From a bacterium (GTDB lineage Archaea; Thermoplasmatota; E2; JACPAO01; JAHFTW01), in the NCBI GenBank assembly GCA_040390065.1, contig JAZJZE010000005.1, forward strand, positions 181,160-245,159: a stretch of DNA of 64,000 nt, read 5' to 3'. Of this stretch, positions 1-10,200 are shown piece by piece. Each line of letters opens with the position of its first letter. Position 1 is the stretch's first letter. The position numbers were made by a program, and so were the translations under genes. Under the pieces are notes generated by a model that did not search any database, had not been told where the DNA came from, and saw only the letters and a list, made by a program, of their open reading frames with translations.

Positions 1-1794
1 CTGACGCACGGCGGCCTCTGGGTCTACACCAACATCGAGTACCCGTCCTTGATCCGCGGCGGCCACAACGCAATCCACGTCACGGCCTCCGACGAGCCCA
101 TCGTCTCCTACTACCCCGAGCTGCAGGTGCTGATTGCGCTCAACAAGGAGACCATCGACATGCACATCAAGGACGTCGTGAAGGGCGGCGTCATCGTCTT
201 CGACGCCGAGGACCCAGCCTTCGCTGGCGCTGGCGCAGAAGTCGCCTCGACCTACGCCGACCACGTCAAGCGGGGCGTCTTCTTCCTCAACGTGCCCCTG
301 AAGAAGCTGTCCGAAGCTGCGGGCGGCGTCATCACGAAGAACACGGTGGCCGTCGGCGCGATGCTGGCCTTCATCGGCTACCCGTTCCACTTCATCGCCG
401 AGGGCCTGGAGGACATCTTCGGCAAGAAGGGCGGCGACATCATCACGATGAACGTGACGGCCGCCAAGTCCGGGTACGAGACGGTGACGGCGAACTTCGC
501 CGACAAGATCGTGAAGCTCGTCAACGTCCACAAGGAAGCGCCCAAGCGCATGCTCATCACGGGCAACCAGAGCACGGCCATCGGCTTCATCCAGGGCGGC
601 CTCAAGTGGTATTCGGCGTACCCGATGACGCCGGCCACGGCCATCCTGCAGACACTCATCCAGTACGGCGAGCCCTACGGGGTCATCGCCAAGCAGACCG
701 AAGACGAACTCGCCGCCGGCCTCATGGCCATCGGCGCGAACTACCAGGGCCTGCGGGCGGCCTGCGGCACCTCCGGCGGCGGTTTCTCGCTCATGGTGGA
801 AGGCCTCGGCCTCGCCGCCATCGCGGAAGTCCCCATGGTCTACGTCGACGTGCAGCGCGCCGGCCCCGCGACGGGGCTTCCGACGTGGAGCGGCCAGGGC
901 GACCTGCGCTTCGTCCTGCACGCGAGCCAAGACGAGTTCCCGCGCTTCGTCATCGCGCCCGGCGACACCGAGGAGTGCTTCCGCGCCGCCTTCGATGCGC
1001 TCAACCTCGCAGAGATGTTCCAGGTCCCCGTCATCGTCATGACGGACAAGAACCTCGCCGAGCACCACCAGACGTGGGAGCCGTACAACACGAAGGGCCT
1101 CGTCATCAACCGCGGCAAGCTCCTCAAGCACGGCGAAGCCCAGGTCGACCCGACGTACCGCAAGTTCGCGCGCCTCGAGTTCACGGCCGACGGCGTCTCG
1201 CCCCGCGTCGTTCCCGGCCAGCCCGGCGGCGTCCACACGATGGCGTCCGACGAGCAGGACCGCTTCGGCGACATCACGGAGGACCCGACCAACCGGACGA
1301 AGCGCCACCTCAAGCGCTTCGCCAAGATGGAAGGGATGGCCGCCGTGTGCCCGCCGCCCAAGTTCTACACGTGGGCCAACGGCAACGTCGTCGAGGACAA
1401 GCACCCCGAAAGCGCGGACATCACGATGATCTGCTGGGGCGGCACGAAAGGCCCGGCCATCGAGTCCCTCAAACTCCTGCACGCCGCCGGCATCAAGGCC
1501 AACGTCCTGCACGTCATCTACATCTGGCCGTTCCCCAAGGTCGCGCTGGAGGAGATGCTGGAGAAGTGCAAGCACACCATCATGGTGGAGGCCAACTACC
1601 TCGGGCAACTCGAGGGCCTCATGCGCGAACACCTGCTGCGCGGCTGCGACGCGCGCATCCACAAGATCGACGGCCGGCCGTTCAACCCGATCCAGTTGTA
1701 CCGCGATGTCGTCAAGATCGCGAAGCAGAACTTCACCGAGGTCACGTCCATCGCGACGGACTCGTACGCCACCCTCGAGGAGATGAAGGCATGA
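1..1794 (+). CDS. korA: 2-oxoacid:ferredoxin oxidoreductase alpha subunit (5'-partial, begins before window)
   Basis: Frame open from base 1 (…EYPSLIRGGHN). Motifs YPMTPAT, EDELAA, TSGGGFSLMVE, VQRAGPATGLPT, VEANYLGQL. Confidence 0.93.
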   Translation: MTHGGLWVYTNIEYPSLIRGGHNAIHVTASDEPIVSYYPELQVLIALNKETIDMHIKDVVKGGVIVFDAEDPAFAGAGAEVASTYADHVKRGVFFLNVPLKKLSEAAGGVITKNTVAVGAMLAFIGYPFHFIAEGLEDIFGKKGGDIITMNVTAAKSGYETVTANFADKIVKLVNVHKEAPKRMLITGNQSTAIGFIQGGLKWYSAYPMTPATAILQTLIQYGEPYGVIAKQTEDELAAGLMAIGANYQGLRAACGTSGGGFSLMVEGLGLAAIAEVPMVYVDVQRAGPATGLPTWSGQGDLRFVLHASQDEFPRFVIAPGDTEECFRAAFDALNLAEMFQVPVIVMTDKNLAEHHQTWEPYNTKGLVINRGKLLKHGEAQVDPTYRKFARLEFTADGVSPRVVPGQPGGVHTMASDEQDRFGDITEDPTNRTKRHLKRFAKMEGMAAVCPPPKFYTWANGNVVEDKHPESADITMICWGGTKGPAIESLKLLHAAGIKANVLHVIYIWPFPKVALEEMLEKCKHTIMVEANYLGQLEGLMREHLLRGCDARIHKIDGRPFNPIQLYRDVVKIAKQNFTEVTSIATDSYATLEEMKA

Positions 1795-2696
1795 ACCCCG
1801 ACCCCGCCCCGGCCGGCGCGCCGCAGACCCTCAAGCTCACGACGAAGGACTTCACGACGGAGAACAAGCCAGACTGGTGCCCAGGCTGCGGCGACTTCGG
1901 CATCCTGAACGCGCTGAAGAAGGTCCTCGTCGACCTACAGAAGCAGCCGCACGAGGTCACGGTCGTGGCCGGCATCGGCTGCTCGAGCAAGCTGCCGCAC
2001 TGGCTCAACACCTACGGCTTCCACACGCTGCACGGACGCGCGCTGCCCATCGCCACGGCCGTCCGCCTGGCCAACACGAAGAACGACGTCATCGTCATCA
2101 GCGGCGACGGCGACGGCTACGGCATCGGTGTCGGGCACCTGGTCCACGCGGCCCGGCGCAACGTCAACATCACCATGCTGGCGCACAACAACCAGATCTA
2201 CGGCCTCACCACCGGGCAAGCCTCGCCTACGACGGACCTCGGCCACAAGACGAAGACGACGCCGAAGGGGAACTTCGAGGCGCCCGTCAACCCGCTGGGC
2301 CTCGCGATTGCATGCGGCGCCGGATTCGTCGCGCGCAGCAGCGCCGGCGACCCGAAGCACCTTGCCGAGACCATCAAGGCCGGCATGGAGTACAAGGGGT
2401 TCGCGCTCATCGACATCCTGCAACCGTGTGTCACGTTCAACAAGGTGAACACGTACGCCTGGTACAAGGAGCAGAGCCGCAAACTGCCCGCCGACTACGA
2501 CGTCACGAACAAGGCGAAGGCCTTCGAGACGAGCCTCAACTGGGGCCACAACGACATCGAACTCGGCACCCTCTACCGCAACGACAAGCTGCCCACGTTG
2601 GAGGACTTCTACCCGCAAGCGACCGGCGCGACGCCGTTGTACATGCAGGACATCAGGAATATTGACACAACGCCGACCTTGAACAAATTCGTTTAG
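1791..2696 (+). CDS. korB: 2-oxoacid:ferredoxin oxidoreductase beta subunit (TPP-binding)
   Basis: ATG overlaps korA stop (ATGA). Motifs WCPGCGDFG, GIGCSS, HGRALP, GDGDG, NNQIYGLTTGQASPT, QPCVTFN. Confidence 0.95.
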   Translation: MNPDPAPAGAPQTLKLTTKDFTTENKPDWCPGCGDFGILNALKKVLVDLQKQPHEVTVVAGIGCSSKLPHWLNTYGFHTLHGRALPIATAVRLANTKNDVIVISGDGDGYGIGVGHLVHAARRNVNITMLAHNNQIYGLTTGQASPTTDLGHKTKTTPKGNFEAPVNPLGLAIACGAGFVARSSAGDPKHLAETIKAGMEYKGFALIDILQPCVTFNKVNTYAWYKEQSRKLPADYDVTNKAKAFETSLNWGHNDIELGTLYRNDKLPTLEDFYPQATGATPLYMQDIRNIDTTPTLNKFV

Positions 2697-2703
2697 GTGT
2701 AGC

Positions 2704-2928
2704 ATGGGCTGGGACGAGATCGGGGCTATTGCTACGGTCGTTGGCGTTGTGCTCGCAACGCTCGGCGCAATCGGGACGGTTTTCGCCTTCACCTGGCGCC
2801 GGATTGACAAGGTTGAGGAGCGCCTCCGAAATATCGAAGATGACAAGAACTATCTCACAGGCGTAGAACATAGTCGCGCCCAAGCCTTGGAGAAAACCAA
2901 AGAGATTGCGAGAAGGAAGGGACGATGA
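2704..2928 (+). CDS. small protein, N-terminal TM helix plus coiled coil
   Basis: Hydrophobic IGAIATVVGVVLATLGAIGTVFAFTW then charged helix; lower GC than flanks; ATGA coupling to next ORF. Confidence 0.6.
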   Translation: MGWDEIGAIATVVGVVLATLGAIGTVFAFTWRRIDKVEERLRNIEDDKNYLTGVEHSRAQALEKTKEIARRKGR

Positions 2929-3128
2929 GTCTAACGCCATGGGAAAGAGAGCGGCTTGCAGAATTGGTCGGCCGTCAGAATATGTGGGGACTCAGCCCTG
3001 GCGAGGAGCAGGAACTTCGCGCCCTCATGGCCAAGGAGTTTCCAAACGAGGCGCAAACCCTCGCCATCGGTGCCCTGGCTGCGATCGCGCTTGGATTCCT
3101 GGCTTACTGGCTTCTGCGGGAAAAGTGA
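2925..3128 (+). CDS. small protein with C-terminal TM helix
   Basis: 67 aa, C-terminal LAIGALAAIALGFLAYWLL; coupled to previous ORF. Confidence 0.55.
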   Translation: MSLTPWERERLAELVGRQNMWGLSPGEEQELRALMAKEFPNEAQTLAIGALAAIALGFLAYWLLREK

Positions 3129-3180
3129 CCCGGGAAGGTCGCCCCCGTTGCAAGTGTTGGCGAGGCAAGCATCGACAAGA

Positions 3181-3415
3181 CCACGGCGGGCGTGGCGTCG
3201 GTCGGCCTGGGCGGCCGCTCGTGAGCGAAGCGAGCAGGCGCTCCGCGGCGCGCTGCGGGAGGCGCGCCGGAGCGCGGGAACACGCGCGGCGACGAGCCGC
3301 GCGGTGTGAGCGGCCGCCCTTTCCTTCCGGGGGTGCGGGGGGCGAAGCTCCCCGCGAGGGGCGCGCTATCGACCGGCGAAAGGGGTGAGCGAAGCGAACC
3401 CGTTTCGCCGTCCGA
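3181..3415. repeat. highly palindromic intergenic element (structured RNA or REP/MITE-like)
   Basis: Perfect 12-bp inverted repeat gggcggccgctc (3209-3220) / gagcggccgccc (3308-3319) enclosing sub-hairpins; cggcgaaa/tttcgccg stem (3374-3410); gtgagcgaagcga twice (3221-3233, 3385-3397). Confidence 0.55.
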
Positions 3416-3456
3416 TTTCACCAACCTCTAAGTAGGTATAATCACCATCATTAGCC

Positions 3457-3726
3457 ATGCGCAAGATCGTGCTCCAGGCCAAGGCGCTGAAGTGGGGGAA
3501 CTCGTACGGCTTCCGTATCACGAAGGCGGACTTCGAGCGGGCCGGGCTGCACATCGGCCAGGAGGTCCAAGTGGACGTTGTCGGCCGCCCCGGCAAGTTC
3601 GACCTCAGCCAGGTCCCGTCCTTCCGCCTGGGCTCACTGACCCGTGAAGACCGGGACGCGGCCGCGGAGGCGCGCTGGGCTGAGAAACAGGCCCGATCCC
3701 GCGGTCCAGGCCGGGAGAAGGAATGA
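3457..3726 (+). CDS. vapB: AbrB/MazE-type antitoxin
   Basis: KWGNSYGFRITK swapped-hairpin motif; directly upstream of and overlapping a PIN gene. Confidence 0.85.
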   Translation: MRKIVLQAKALKWGNSYGFRITKADFERAGLHIGQEVQVDVVGRPGKFDLSQVPSFRLGSLTREDRDAAAEARWAEKQARSRGPGREKE

Positions 3727-4094
3727 AGGCCGTCGACACGAGCTGGCTCTTCGCGTTCTTGTCAAGCACAGACGAATTCCACACCCAAGCGCGGCGGCAA
3801 GCGGCGGAGCCGGACACCATCCTGGTCAACTCAATCGTCCTTGTGGAGACCTTGGACCTGGTGCGCGGCCGCAGCGACCGCGCCACGTCGCTGCACGCTC
3901 TCAAGACCGTGGCCAGCCTCCAGAATGTCCGCCTCACGAATTCGCCGACGGCCGCGAACATGGCGCGCCTCATGGAGAGACACGGCGGCATCTCGTGGCA
4001 CGACGCTGCTGCGATCTGCACGGCCCTCGACGAAGGCGCGGGGCTGCGTACGTTTGACCAAGCCCAAGCAAGGGCGTTCAAGGCCATGCTCTAA
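3723..4094 (+). CDS. vapC: PIN-domain toxin (VapC-like)
   Basis: AVDTSWLFA, VLVET, ISWHDAA, TFD: acidic PIN residues; 123 aa. Confidence 0.88.
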   Translation: MKAVDTSWLFAFLSSTDEFHTQARRQAAEPDTILVNSIVLVETLDLVRGRSDRATSLHALKTVASLQNVRLTNSPTAANMARLMERHGGISWHDAAAICTALDEGAGLRTFDQAQARAFKAML

Positions 4095-4146
4095 CGTCGC
4101 CGGGCTCAAGCGAAAGGCTCCAAACGCCCCTTCGGGTTCCCGCCGC

Positions 4147-4566
4147 ATGGCCATACCCCCGCTCCCCTGGGGCCCACTGCGCTTCCTCTACGTCGGCACC
4201 AAGGACACGTCGGCTGGCGTCAAGTTCTGGACCGAGAAAGGTGCGCGCAAGGTCTGGCACTTCAAGGCGTTCGGCGCCGAGGTCGCGGCCCTCGAGATTG
4301 GGCCCGGCCCGCTCTTGCTTCTGGCGGACCATCGGCCGGCCGGGCACGTCCTGCCCATCTACGAGGTTCCGGACATGGAGAAAGCCCGAAAGTCGCTCGT
4401 GGCGGCGGGCTGGAAACCGGAAGGCCCGACGTTCGAGGTGCCGCATGGGCCGGTGCTGATGCTCAAGGATCCCTCGGGCATCGAGGTGGCAATCCTGGAG
4501 GACCGTCGGCCTGGCGCGATGGAGTCGTCGTACTCCGCCGAGAACCCGAACGCGCAACTCGACTAG
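4147..4566 (+). CDS. VOC/glyoxalase family protein
   Basis: FEVPHGPVLMLKDPSGIEVAILE C-terminal VOC signature. Confidence 0.75.
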   Translation: MAIPPLPWGPLRFLYVGTKDTSAGVKFWTEKGARKVWHFKAFGAEVAALEIGPGPLLLLADHRPAGHVLPIYEVPDMEKARKSLVAAGWKPEGPTFEVPHGPVLMLKDPSGIEVAILEDRRPGAMESSYSAENPNAQLD

Positions 4567-4979
4567 CGGCGCGTGACCTTCGTCAACTTCGGCTTCTTCG
4601 TGGGCGGCGCGATGCGCGGGGCGGCGATACCGAGTTCGCCCTCGCCGACCGGCTCGGAGCCCGTGAACAGGCGGTTCCATTCAGGGCGTTCCTGGTTGAG
4701 CTGTGCGAAGACTGGCTTTTCGTTCCGCAGGAGGTCGATGTACCACGGGTAGTACTCGGCGGGCACGAAGCTTGCCGCCCAGTCCTCGCGGGGGTCGTAG
4801 AAGTTCTCGACGGACTGCGAGTCCGGGTGGAGGAAGTAGACCGTGTAGCGCTCGCCCTTGGCGCCTTGGCAGATGATGTAGCCGTGAAAATGCGCGACGT
4901 CGCCGACGCCGCTGTGCATGTTCATCTTGCGGCCCAGGAACACCTGGTAGCTCTTCACTTCGAACGCCTTGGTTGCCAT
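4563..4979 (-). CDS. hypothetical protein
   Basis: ATG preceded by gaggtagg RBS; globular sequence (…YIDLLRNEKPVF…EPVGEGE). Confidence 0.7.
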   Translation of the reverse strand: MATKAFEVKSYQVFLGRKMNMHSGVGDVAHFHGYIICQGAKGERYTVYFLHPDSQSVENFYDPREDWAASFVPAEYYPWYIDLLRNEKPVFAQLNQERPEWNRLFTGSEPVGEGELGIAAPRIAPPTKKPKLTKVTRR

Positions 4980-5053
4980 GGACCTACCTCGGACTCGCGA
5001 TGGCCCCATTCCGGCTTTAAGGTTCACCTTTGCAGGGCAATCCCCGAGCTGGG

Positions 5054-5818
5054 TCAGGCCGCAACGAATTCGCGTTCGCGGCCAGCCATGAGGATGAGGA
5101 CGAGTGCCGTGGCGGCCAGAAGGGGGCCGATGATGACCAGGCCCATCGACAGGGCGGCCACCCCCGCGGCGACGAAGCCGGTCCACGGCTTGCGCAAGTG
5201 GTAGATCTGCCAGGAAGCGTAGGCGCACCAGCCGCCTGCTGCCAAGTCGAAGAGGCCCTCGACGACGGCGGCGCCCTGCCCGAGGATGGCGCTGTACGCG
5301 CCGGCGAGGATCAGCGAACCCTGGAGGACGGCAAGGACTCCGGCTACGAGGAGGAACAGACTCGCGGCCAGCGCCTTGTCCGGCCACTCGTGCTTCTGGA
5401 ACCCTTTGCGGGTTCCTGTCATGTCTTCGCCTTCGCGGTGCGCTTGGACGAGGAATCCGACAGCAATCAGGGACAGGATGGGCACGAGCCCGACGAAACC
5501 GAGCGAGCCGATACCGGTCAGGCAGCCAACGTAGGCGAAACGCTTCTGCCGCGCCCGCAGGCTCACGACGCCGAGCACGAGGGTCGCAAGGGAGAGGACC
5601 AACTGCAGGAGCTGCGTCTGCGTCGTGAGGAATGCTGGCAGTTCATGAACGGTGCAGGGCGGTGCCGTGCCGCCCGCGGGCGCCGGAGGGCAGGACGGAA
5701 AACTGACGACGCCCTCGATGCCGGCAAACAAGGTGCCCATCGTCCCGGCGAGGATGAGCATGATGGAGGCGAACATCGCCTTGTCCGGCCAATGGGGATG
5801 GTGTCCTTCGGCTGCCAT
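5054..5818 (-). CDS. integral membrane protein with internal duplication
   Basis: Multiple TM helices; HWPDKAMFASIMLILAG is repeated as EWPDKALAASLFLLVAG. Confidence 0.7.
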   Translation of the reverse strand: MAAEGHHPHWPDKAMFASIMLILAGTMGTLFAGIEGVVSFPSCPPAPAGGTAPPCTVHELPAFLTTQTQLLQLVLSLATLVLGVVSLRARQKRFAYVGCLTGIGSLGFVGLVPILSLIAVGFLVQAHREGEDMTGTRKGFQKHEWPDKALAASLFLLVAGVLAVLQGSLILAGAYSAILGQGAAVVEGLFDLAAGGWCAYASWQIYHLRKPWTGFVAAGVAALSMGLVIIGPLLAATALVLILMAGREREFVAA

Positions 5819-5913
5819 GGCACGCCAAGCCGGCTCCAAGGACTTAGACGTTGCCTCTGGCGTCCCGCCCCAAGGCCCAAAACGATTCACGGACTCGATG
5901 GAATTCGGCCGAC

Positions 5914-7092
5914 CTAGCGGACCTGGACCTTTGCCGCGAGCCGTTTGGCCTTGTTGCGGGCCTCATCCGTGGTCTTCCCGCCGACCACGACGACGCCCAT
6001 GCGCCGCTTGGGATGGGCCGTCGGCTTGCCGAAGATGCGCAGGATGGCGCCGGGTTCCGCCAGCGCGGCCTCGACACCCGTGTACGACGGAGGGGTTGCC
6101 TCGATGGTCGAGAGGATGACGGCGCTGGCGGTCGGCCCCGTGTGCCCGACGTCTGGAATCGGCAGGCCCGTGATGGCCCGGACGTGCAAGGCGAACTCGG
6201 AGAGTTGCTGCGAACCGAGCGTCACGAGGCCGGTGTCGTGCGGGCGCGGGCTGACTTCGGAGAACCACACATCGTCGCCCTTCACGAACAATTCCACGCC
6301 GAAGATGCCGCGGCCTCCGAGGGCGTCCGTGACCTTGCGTGCCATCTCTTGGCTGCGCGCCAACGCCTTCGCACTCATGGCCATGGGCTGCCACGATTCG
6401 CGATAATCGCCGTCAATCTGGACGTGGCCGATGGGCGGGCAGAACGTCGTCCCAGCAGCGTGCCGGACCGTCAGCAAGGTGATTTCATATTCAAAGTCGA
6501 TGAAACTCTCGACGATGACGCGGCCGGTCTTGACTCGGCCCTTCATGGCATGATCCCACGCCTTTGCGACGTCGGCGGCGGTGCGCACGACGCTCTGGCC
6601 CTTGCCGCTGGAGGACATGGTTGGCTTGATCACGCAGGGCATGCCGATGGCCGCGACGGCAGCCTCGAACTCGGCCTGCGATCCTGCGAAACGGTACTTG
6701 CTCGTCGGCAAGGCAAGTTCCTCTGCCGCAAGCTGGCGGATCCCCTCGCGGTCCATGGTGAGGCGGGCGGCCCGTGCAGTCGGGATGACGGTGAAGCCCT
6801 CCTTTTCCAGTCTTTCCAGTTCCGCCGTAGCGATGGCCTCGATTTCCGGGACCACCCAGTCCGGGTCCTCCTCCTCGATGACCCTGCGAAGCGCCGCGGC
6901 GTCGGTCATGTCGATGACATGGCTGCGGTGGGCCACCTGCATGGCCGGCGCATTGGCGTAACGGTCGACGGCAATCGTCTCGATGCCGAGCCGCTGGGCC
7001 TCGATGACGACTTCCTTGCCGAGCTCTCCCGAACCCAGAAGCAGCATCCGGCGGGCATTGGGCGACAAGGGCGTGCCCCAGGCGGCGTCCAC
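5914..7092 (-). CDS. purT: formate-dependent phosphoribosylglycinamide formyltransferase
   Basis: GTPLSP…[48 protein letters not shown]; GTG start gives 392 aa. Confidence 0.95.
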   Translation of the reverse strand: MDAAWGTPLSPNARRMLLLGSGELGKEVVIEAQRLGIETIAVDRYANAPAMQVAHRSHVIDMTDAAALRRVIEEEDPDWVVPEIEAIATAELERLEKEGFTVIPTARAARLTMDREGIRQLAAEELALPTSKYRFAGSQAEFEAAVAAIGMPCVIKPTMSSSGKGQSVVRTAADVAKAWDHAMKGRVKTGRVIVESFIDFEYEITLLTVRHAAGTTFCPPIGHVQIDGDYRESWQPMAMSAKALARSQEMARKVTDALGGRGIFGVELFVKGDDVWFSEVSPRPHDTGLVTLGSQQLSEFALHVRAITGLPIPDVGHTGPTASAVILSTIEATPPSYTGVEAALAEPGAILRIFGKPTAHPKRRMGVVVVGGKTTDEARNKAKRLAAKVQVR

Positions 7093-7237
7093 GGGCGCGG
7101 CACCCCGGCCGCCATGAAGAAGGGTTTGCTCCTGGGAATTGGGTCCATCCGGGGCCGGACAAGCCATGCCGTTCCAGAAGGCGTGCACGAAAAACTCTAT
7201 CTGCCACCAGGTTCCTCCTTCAGGTGGTGGCCGTCTG

Positions 7238-8962
7238 ATGAGGACCCTCGTTGCTTTCCTGTTGGTCGGGGCGACCCTGACGATTGTCCCGGGGTCCGCC
7301 GACGCCGCGACCAGTTGGTGCGGCACGCAAGGCGTCACGTTGTTCTGTGACGACTTCACAACCAACCAGGGCTGGACGAAGTCCGGCTATGGCCTGCAGC
7401 CCTGCGGCAGCGACATCGGCCAATGCTACAACCCCACGGACTGGCTGAAGTCCACCCGCGGCTGGGACTACGGCGTGTGGACTCCCAATGGTGACAGCAA
7501 CTCGTGGTTCGTGGGCGTGCAGGGCGGCGGCCAGGATCTCGGCTACCTCGCGCCGCAGCCCTTCGGTCTCTTCCTGGGCGGCATTATCGCCGGCAAGGGT
7601 GCGGCTTGGTACGACGTGCGCAACGTTCTCACCTCCCCGCTCATCGACGCCACCGGCGCACAACTCACGACCATGAGCTATGCCGTGAAGGGCAGCTCCG
7701 AAGGCAGCCTGTACGACCGCCTCGAGGTCTGGGTGCAGGTCGCGGGCGGCGGCACCACGATGCTCGGCTCCTACGCTGGCAACCAGATCCAGGGCGACAT
7801 CTGCAACTGCTTCTACACGTTCCCGTTCTCGGCGGCCTGGCTGTCCGGGCAGAAGTTCCAGTTCCTGTTCATCTTCATCGAGGATGCCAACACCGACAGC
7901 GTCACACCTCCGCCATGCCTGGCCGTGTCCGTCCCGACCGGTCAGTCGCCGCCGATTCCGCCCAACGCCGGGTGCCCCGTTGGAGCAACGGTCTGCGCGC
8001 CGGCGCTCTTCAGCGGCTCCGGCTGCCTGTACGGCGGCATGGGCTTCTGGGTTGACGACGTCATCGTACGCAAACTCACGAAGGCGCCCATCGCCCAGTT
8101 CGTCTACAAGTACAAACCCGTGTGCGAAGGCGGCTTCCACGTGGACTTCACGGACGGCTCCGTCGACACCGACGGCACCGTTGCAGCCTGGAACTGGGAC
8201 TTCGGCGACAAGACGACAAGCAACCAGCAGAACCCGTCGCACGACTACCAGTCGGAAGGCACGTACAAGGTCGTGGAAGACATCCAGGACAACGAGGGAA
8301 ATCCTGCCCAGTACATCTTCACGATCATCCTGAAGTACACAAAGTGCCCCGAGCCGGGAAGCACTCAGGAACCAATCCCCATGACGGTGTCCGAAGGCAA
8401 CCAAGCACAGACGCGGCCACCGCATGATGGCACGGACCCCGCCGCTGCAGGCCTCGACACCGACGGCGACGGCGTGCCCGACGCGATCGACCTCTGCCCC
8501 GCGCAGGCGGACGACCAGGCGGACTCCGACGGCGATGGCATCGGCGATGCTTGCGACGTCGACGCGGACAACGACGGCATCATCAATCCACGTGACAACT
8601 GCGCGACGGTCCCGAACCCCGGCCAGGCCAACCTCGACGGCGACGAAGAAGGCGACGCGTGCGACGCCGACATCGACGGCGACGGCGTGCCCGACGCGGC
8701 CGACAACTGCCCGAGCTTGACCAACAAGGACCAGGCGGACCTCAACGCGGACGGAGCCGGCGACGCGTGCCAAATCGTGCGCAACGCCGCGGAGGACAAG
8801 ACCTCCGAAGTCGGCGCATCCGCCGGCACCCGCACCGACTCACAGGCCGGCTTGCCCAGGACGGTGCCGGCGGGATCCCCCACGGCAGGCATTGGCGCAA
8901 TCGTCCTCGGCCTCGGCCTGCTCGCCGTCGCGCTGGTCGTGGCGCTGCGCCGCCGTAGCTGA
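7238..8962 (+). CDS. secreted, membrane-anchored protein with PKD domain and thrombospondin type 3 repeats
   Basis: Signal peptide; WNWDFGD…[11 protein letters not shown] motif; [13 protein letters not shown] Ca-binding repeats; C-terminal TM + RRR. Confidence 0.88.
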   Translation: MRTLVAFLLVGATLTIVPGSADAATSWCGTQGVTLFCDDFTTNQGWTKSGYGLQPCGSDIGQCYNPTDWLKSTRGWDYGVWTPNGDSNSWFVGVQGGGQDLGYLAPQPFGLFLGGIIAGKGAAWYDVRNVLTSPLIDATGAQLTTMSYAVKGSSEGSLYDRLEVWVQVAGGGTTMLGSYAGNQIQGDICNCFYTFPFSAAWLSGQKFQFLFIFIEDANTDSVTPPPCLAVSVPTGQSPPIPPNAGCPVGATVCAPALFSGSGCLYGGMGFWVDDVIVRKLTKAPIAQFVYKYKPVCEGGFHVDFTDGSVDTDGTVAAWNWDFGDKTTSNQQNPSHDYQSEGTYKVVEDIQDNEGNPAQYIFTIILKYTKCPEPGSTQEPIPMTVSEGNQAQTRPPHDGTDPAAAGLDTDGDGVPDAIDLCPAQADDQADSDGDGIGDACDVDADNDGIINPRDNCATVPNPGQANLDGDEEGDACDADIDGDGVPDAADNCPSLTNKDQADLNADGAGDACQIVRNAAEDKTSEVGASAGTRTDSQAGLPRTVPAGSPTAGIGAIVLGLGLLAVALVVALRRRS

Positions 8963-9015
8963 ACGCCGGTCAAGCGTCAACAACCCTTGAATACCGAGGG
9001 GGTTTGCCCGCGGAC

Positions 9016-9032
9016 GCAGAAGGACATTCTGC
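9016..9032. promoter_or_regulatory. inverted repeat (candidate operator) upstream of RiPP precursor
   Basis: gcagaa-ggaca-ttctgc, between a TATA-like ccttgaatac (~8986-8995) and the GGTGA SD (9039-9043). Confidence 0.35.
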
Positions 9033-9048
9033 CTCAACGGTGAACACA

Positions 9049-9348
9049 ATGGCAATCTTCGGATGGAAAAAGAAGAAGGCAGAGGCAGGCACCACGACCA
9101 CGGCCGCCACGGCGAAGGCTGGAGCCGACATGAGTTGCGGCTCAGCGAAGGGCGGCGACATGTCGTGCGGCTCGGCAAAGGCCGAGGGCGGCGCGGACAT
9201 GAGCTGCGGCTCGGCGAAGGGCGGCATGCCCACCGTCAAGGCGTCCGCCAAGATGACGCAGAAGGCGCCCGCCAAGAGGGCCAAGACGCCGGCAAAGACC
9301 AGCGTCAAGGCGAAGGTCGCGGCCAAGCCTGCATCGAAGAAGAAGTGA
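9049..9348 (+). CDS. putative MNIO (DUF692) precursor peptide with 3x DMSCGSAK and Lys/Ala/Pro-rich tail
   Basis: 99 aa with GGTGA SD. The only Cys residues are in three exact DMSCGSAK repeats (synonymously diverged DNA). Ends 6 bp before the DUF692 gene. Confidence 0.8.
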   Translation: MAIFGWKKKKAEAGTTTTAATAKAGADMSCGSAKGGDMSCGSAKAEGGADMSCGSAKGGMPTVKASAKMTQKAPAKRAKTPAKTSVKAKVAAKPASKKK

Positions 9349-9354
9349 CACGGC

Positions 9355-10200
9355 ATGGGCCGCCTTTCCCCCTCCTCCCTCCCTTTCCTTGGCGCCGGCA
9401 TCGGCTACCGCGGTGACCTCGCCAGGTTCTTTCGTCGGCACGATGCCCGCATCGGCTTCTTCGAGGTCATGCCTGAGCACGTCGTCCACGGCGCTGCCGA
9501 ACGGCGCGCCCGTTTGTTCGAGCACGTCGCCGGCAAGCCCGTCGTGACGCACAGCGTCAGCCTCAGCGTCGGCACGGCGACCGGGGCCGACCTGGTCTTC
9601 GCACGCAGCATGGCACGCATCAACCGCAAGCTCCGCGCGGCGTGGTGCAGCGACCACCTTTCGTTCACGCGCATCGGTGGGCAGAACATCGGCCAACTCA
9701 CGCCAATCCCGTACACGGACGAGGCGCTTCGCCGCGTCGTCGCCAACGTCAAGGCAGTGCAGGCTGCGGTCGGCCTACCGTTCCTGCTGGAGAACATCTC
9801 GCAATACTTCCGGTACCCGCGCACGGACATGACGGAGCCCGAGTTCTTCCGGGAGGTGACCGCGCAAACGGGCTGCGGCATCCTCCTGGACGTCACCAAC
9901 CTGCGCAACAACGCCGCCAACATCGGCGTCAAAACCAAGGCGTACCTCGAGGCCTTCCCGCTCGACCAAGTGGTGCAGCTCCACCTTGCCGGCTCCGAGT
10001 GGATTGGCGGCAAGCTCCTCGACACGCATGGGGCCGCAATCCACCGGGACGTCTGGCGCATGGCAGACGACATCGTGCAGGCGCATCCCGTGCGCGCCCT
10101 CCTCATCGAGCGCGACCAGACATTTGGGCCACTTCCGCAACTGGCTCGCGAGATCCGCCGCGGGGCCACGACCATGCGCAACGCCATGGGGGCTGCCTGA
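9355..10200 (+). CDS. DUF692/UPF0276 multinuclear non-heme iron oxidative enzyme (MNIO)
   Basis: GIGYR, FFEVMPEH, HSVSLSVG, WCSDHLSF, LLENI, LLDVTN, QLHLAG, DTH, IERD: family metal-ligand motifs. Confidence 0.92.
   Translation: MGRLSPSSLPFLGAGIGYRGDLARFFRRHDARIGFFEVMPEHVVHGAAERRARLFEHVAGKPVVTHSVSLSVGTATGADLVFARSMARINRKLRAAWCSDHLSFTRIGGQNIGQLTPIPYTDEALRRVVANVKAVQAAVGLPFLLENISQYFRYPRTDMTEPEFFREVTAQTGCGILLDVTNLRNNAANIGVKTKAYLEAFPLDQVVQLHLAGSEWIGGKLLDTHGAAIHRDVWRMADDIVQAHPVRALLIERDQTFGPLPQLAREIRRGATTMRNAMGAA

Noticed and set aside
606-1790. Long N-terminal extension of the 696-aa ORF 606..2696
   Set aside because: Arg/Pro-rich off-frame read-through over korA; real korB starts at ATG 1791.
8450-8775. 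GACGGCGAC-rich repeats
   Set aside because: They encode ordinary thrombospondin type 3 calcium-binding repeats.
9127-9226. Mini-CRISPR or DNA-level tandem repeat
   Set aside because: Repeats are in frame, vary at synonymous sites and have no spacer-length unique sequence; no cas genes.
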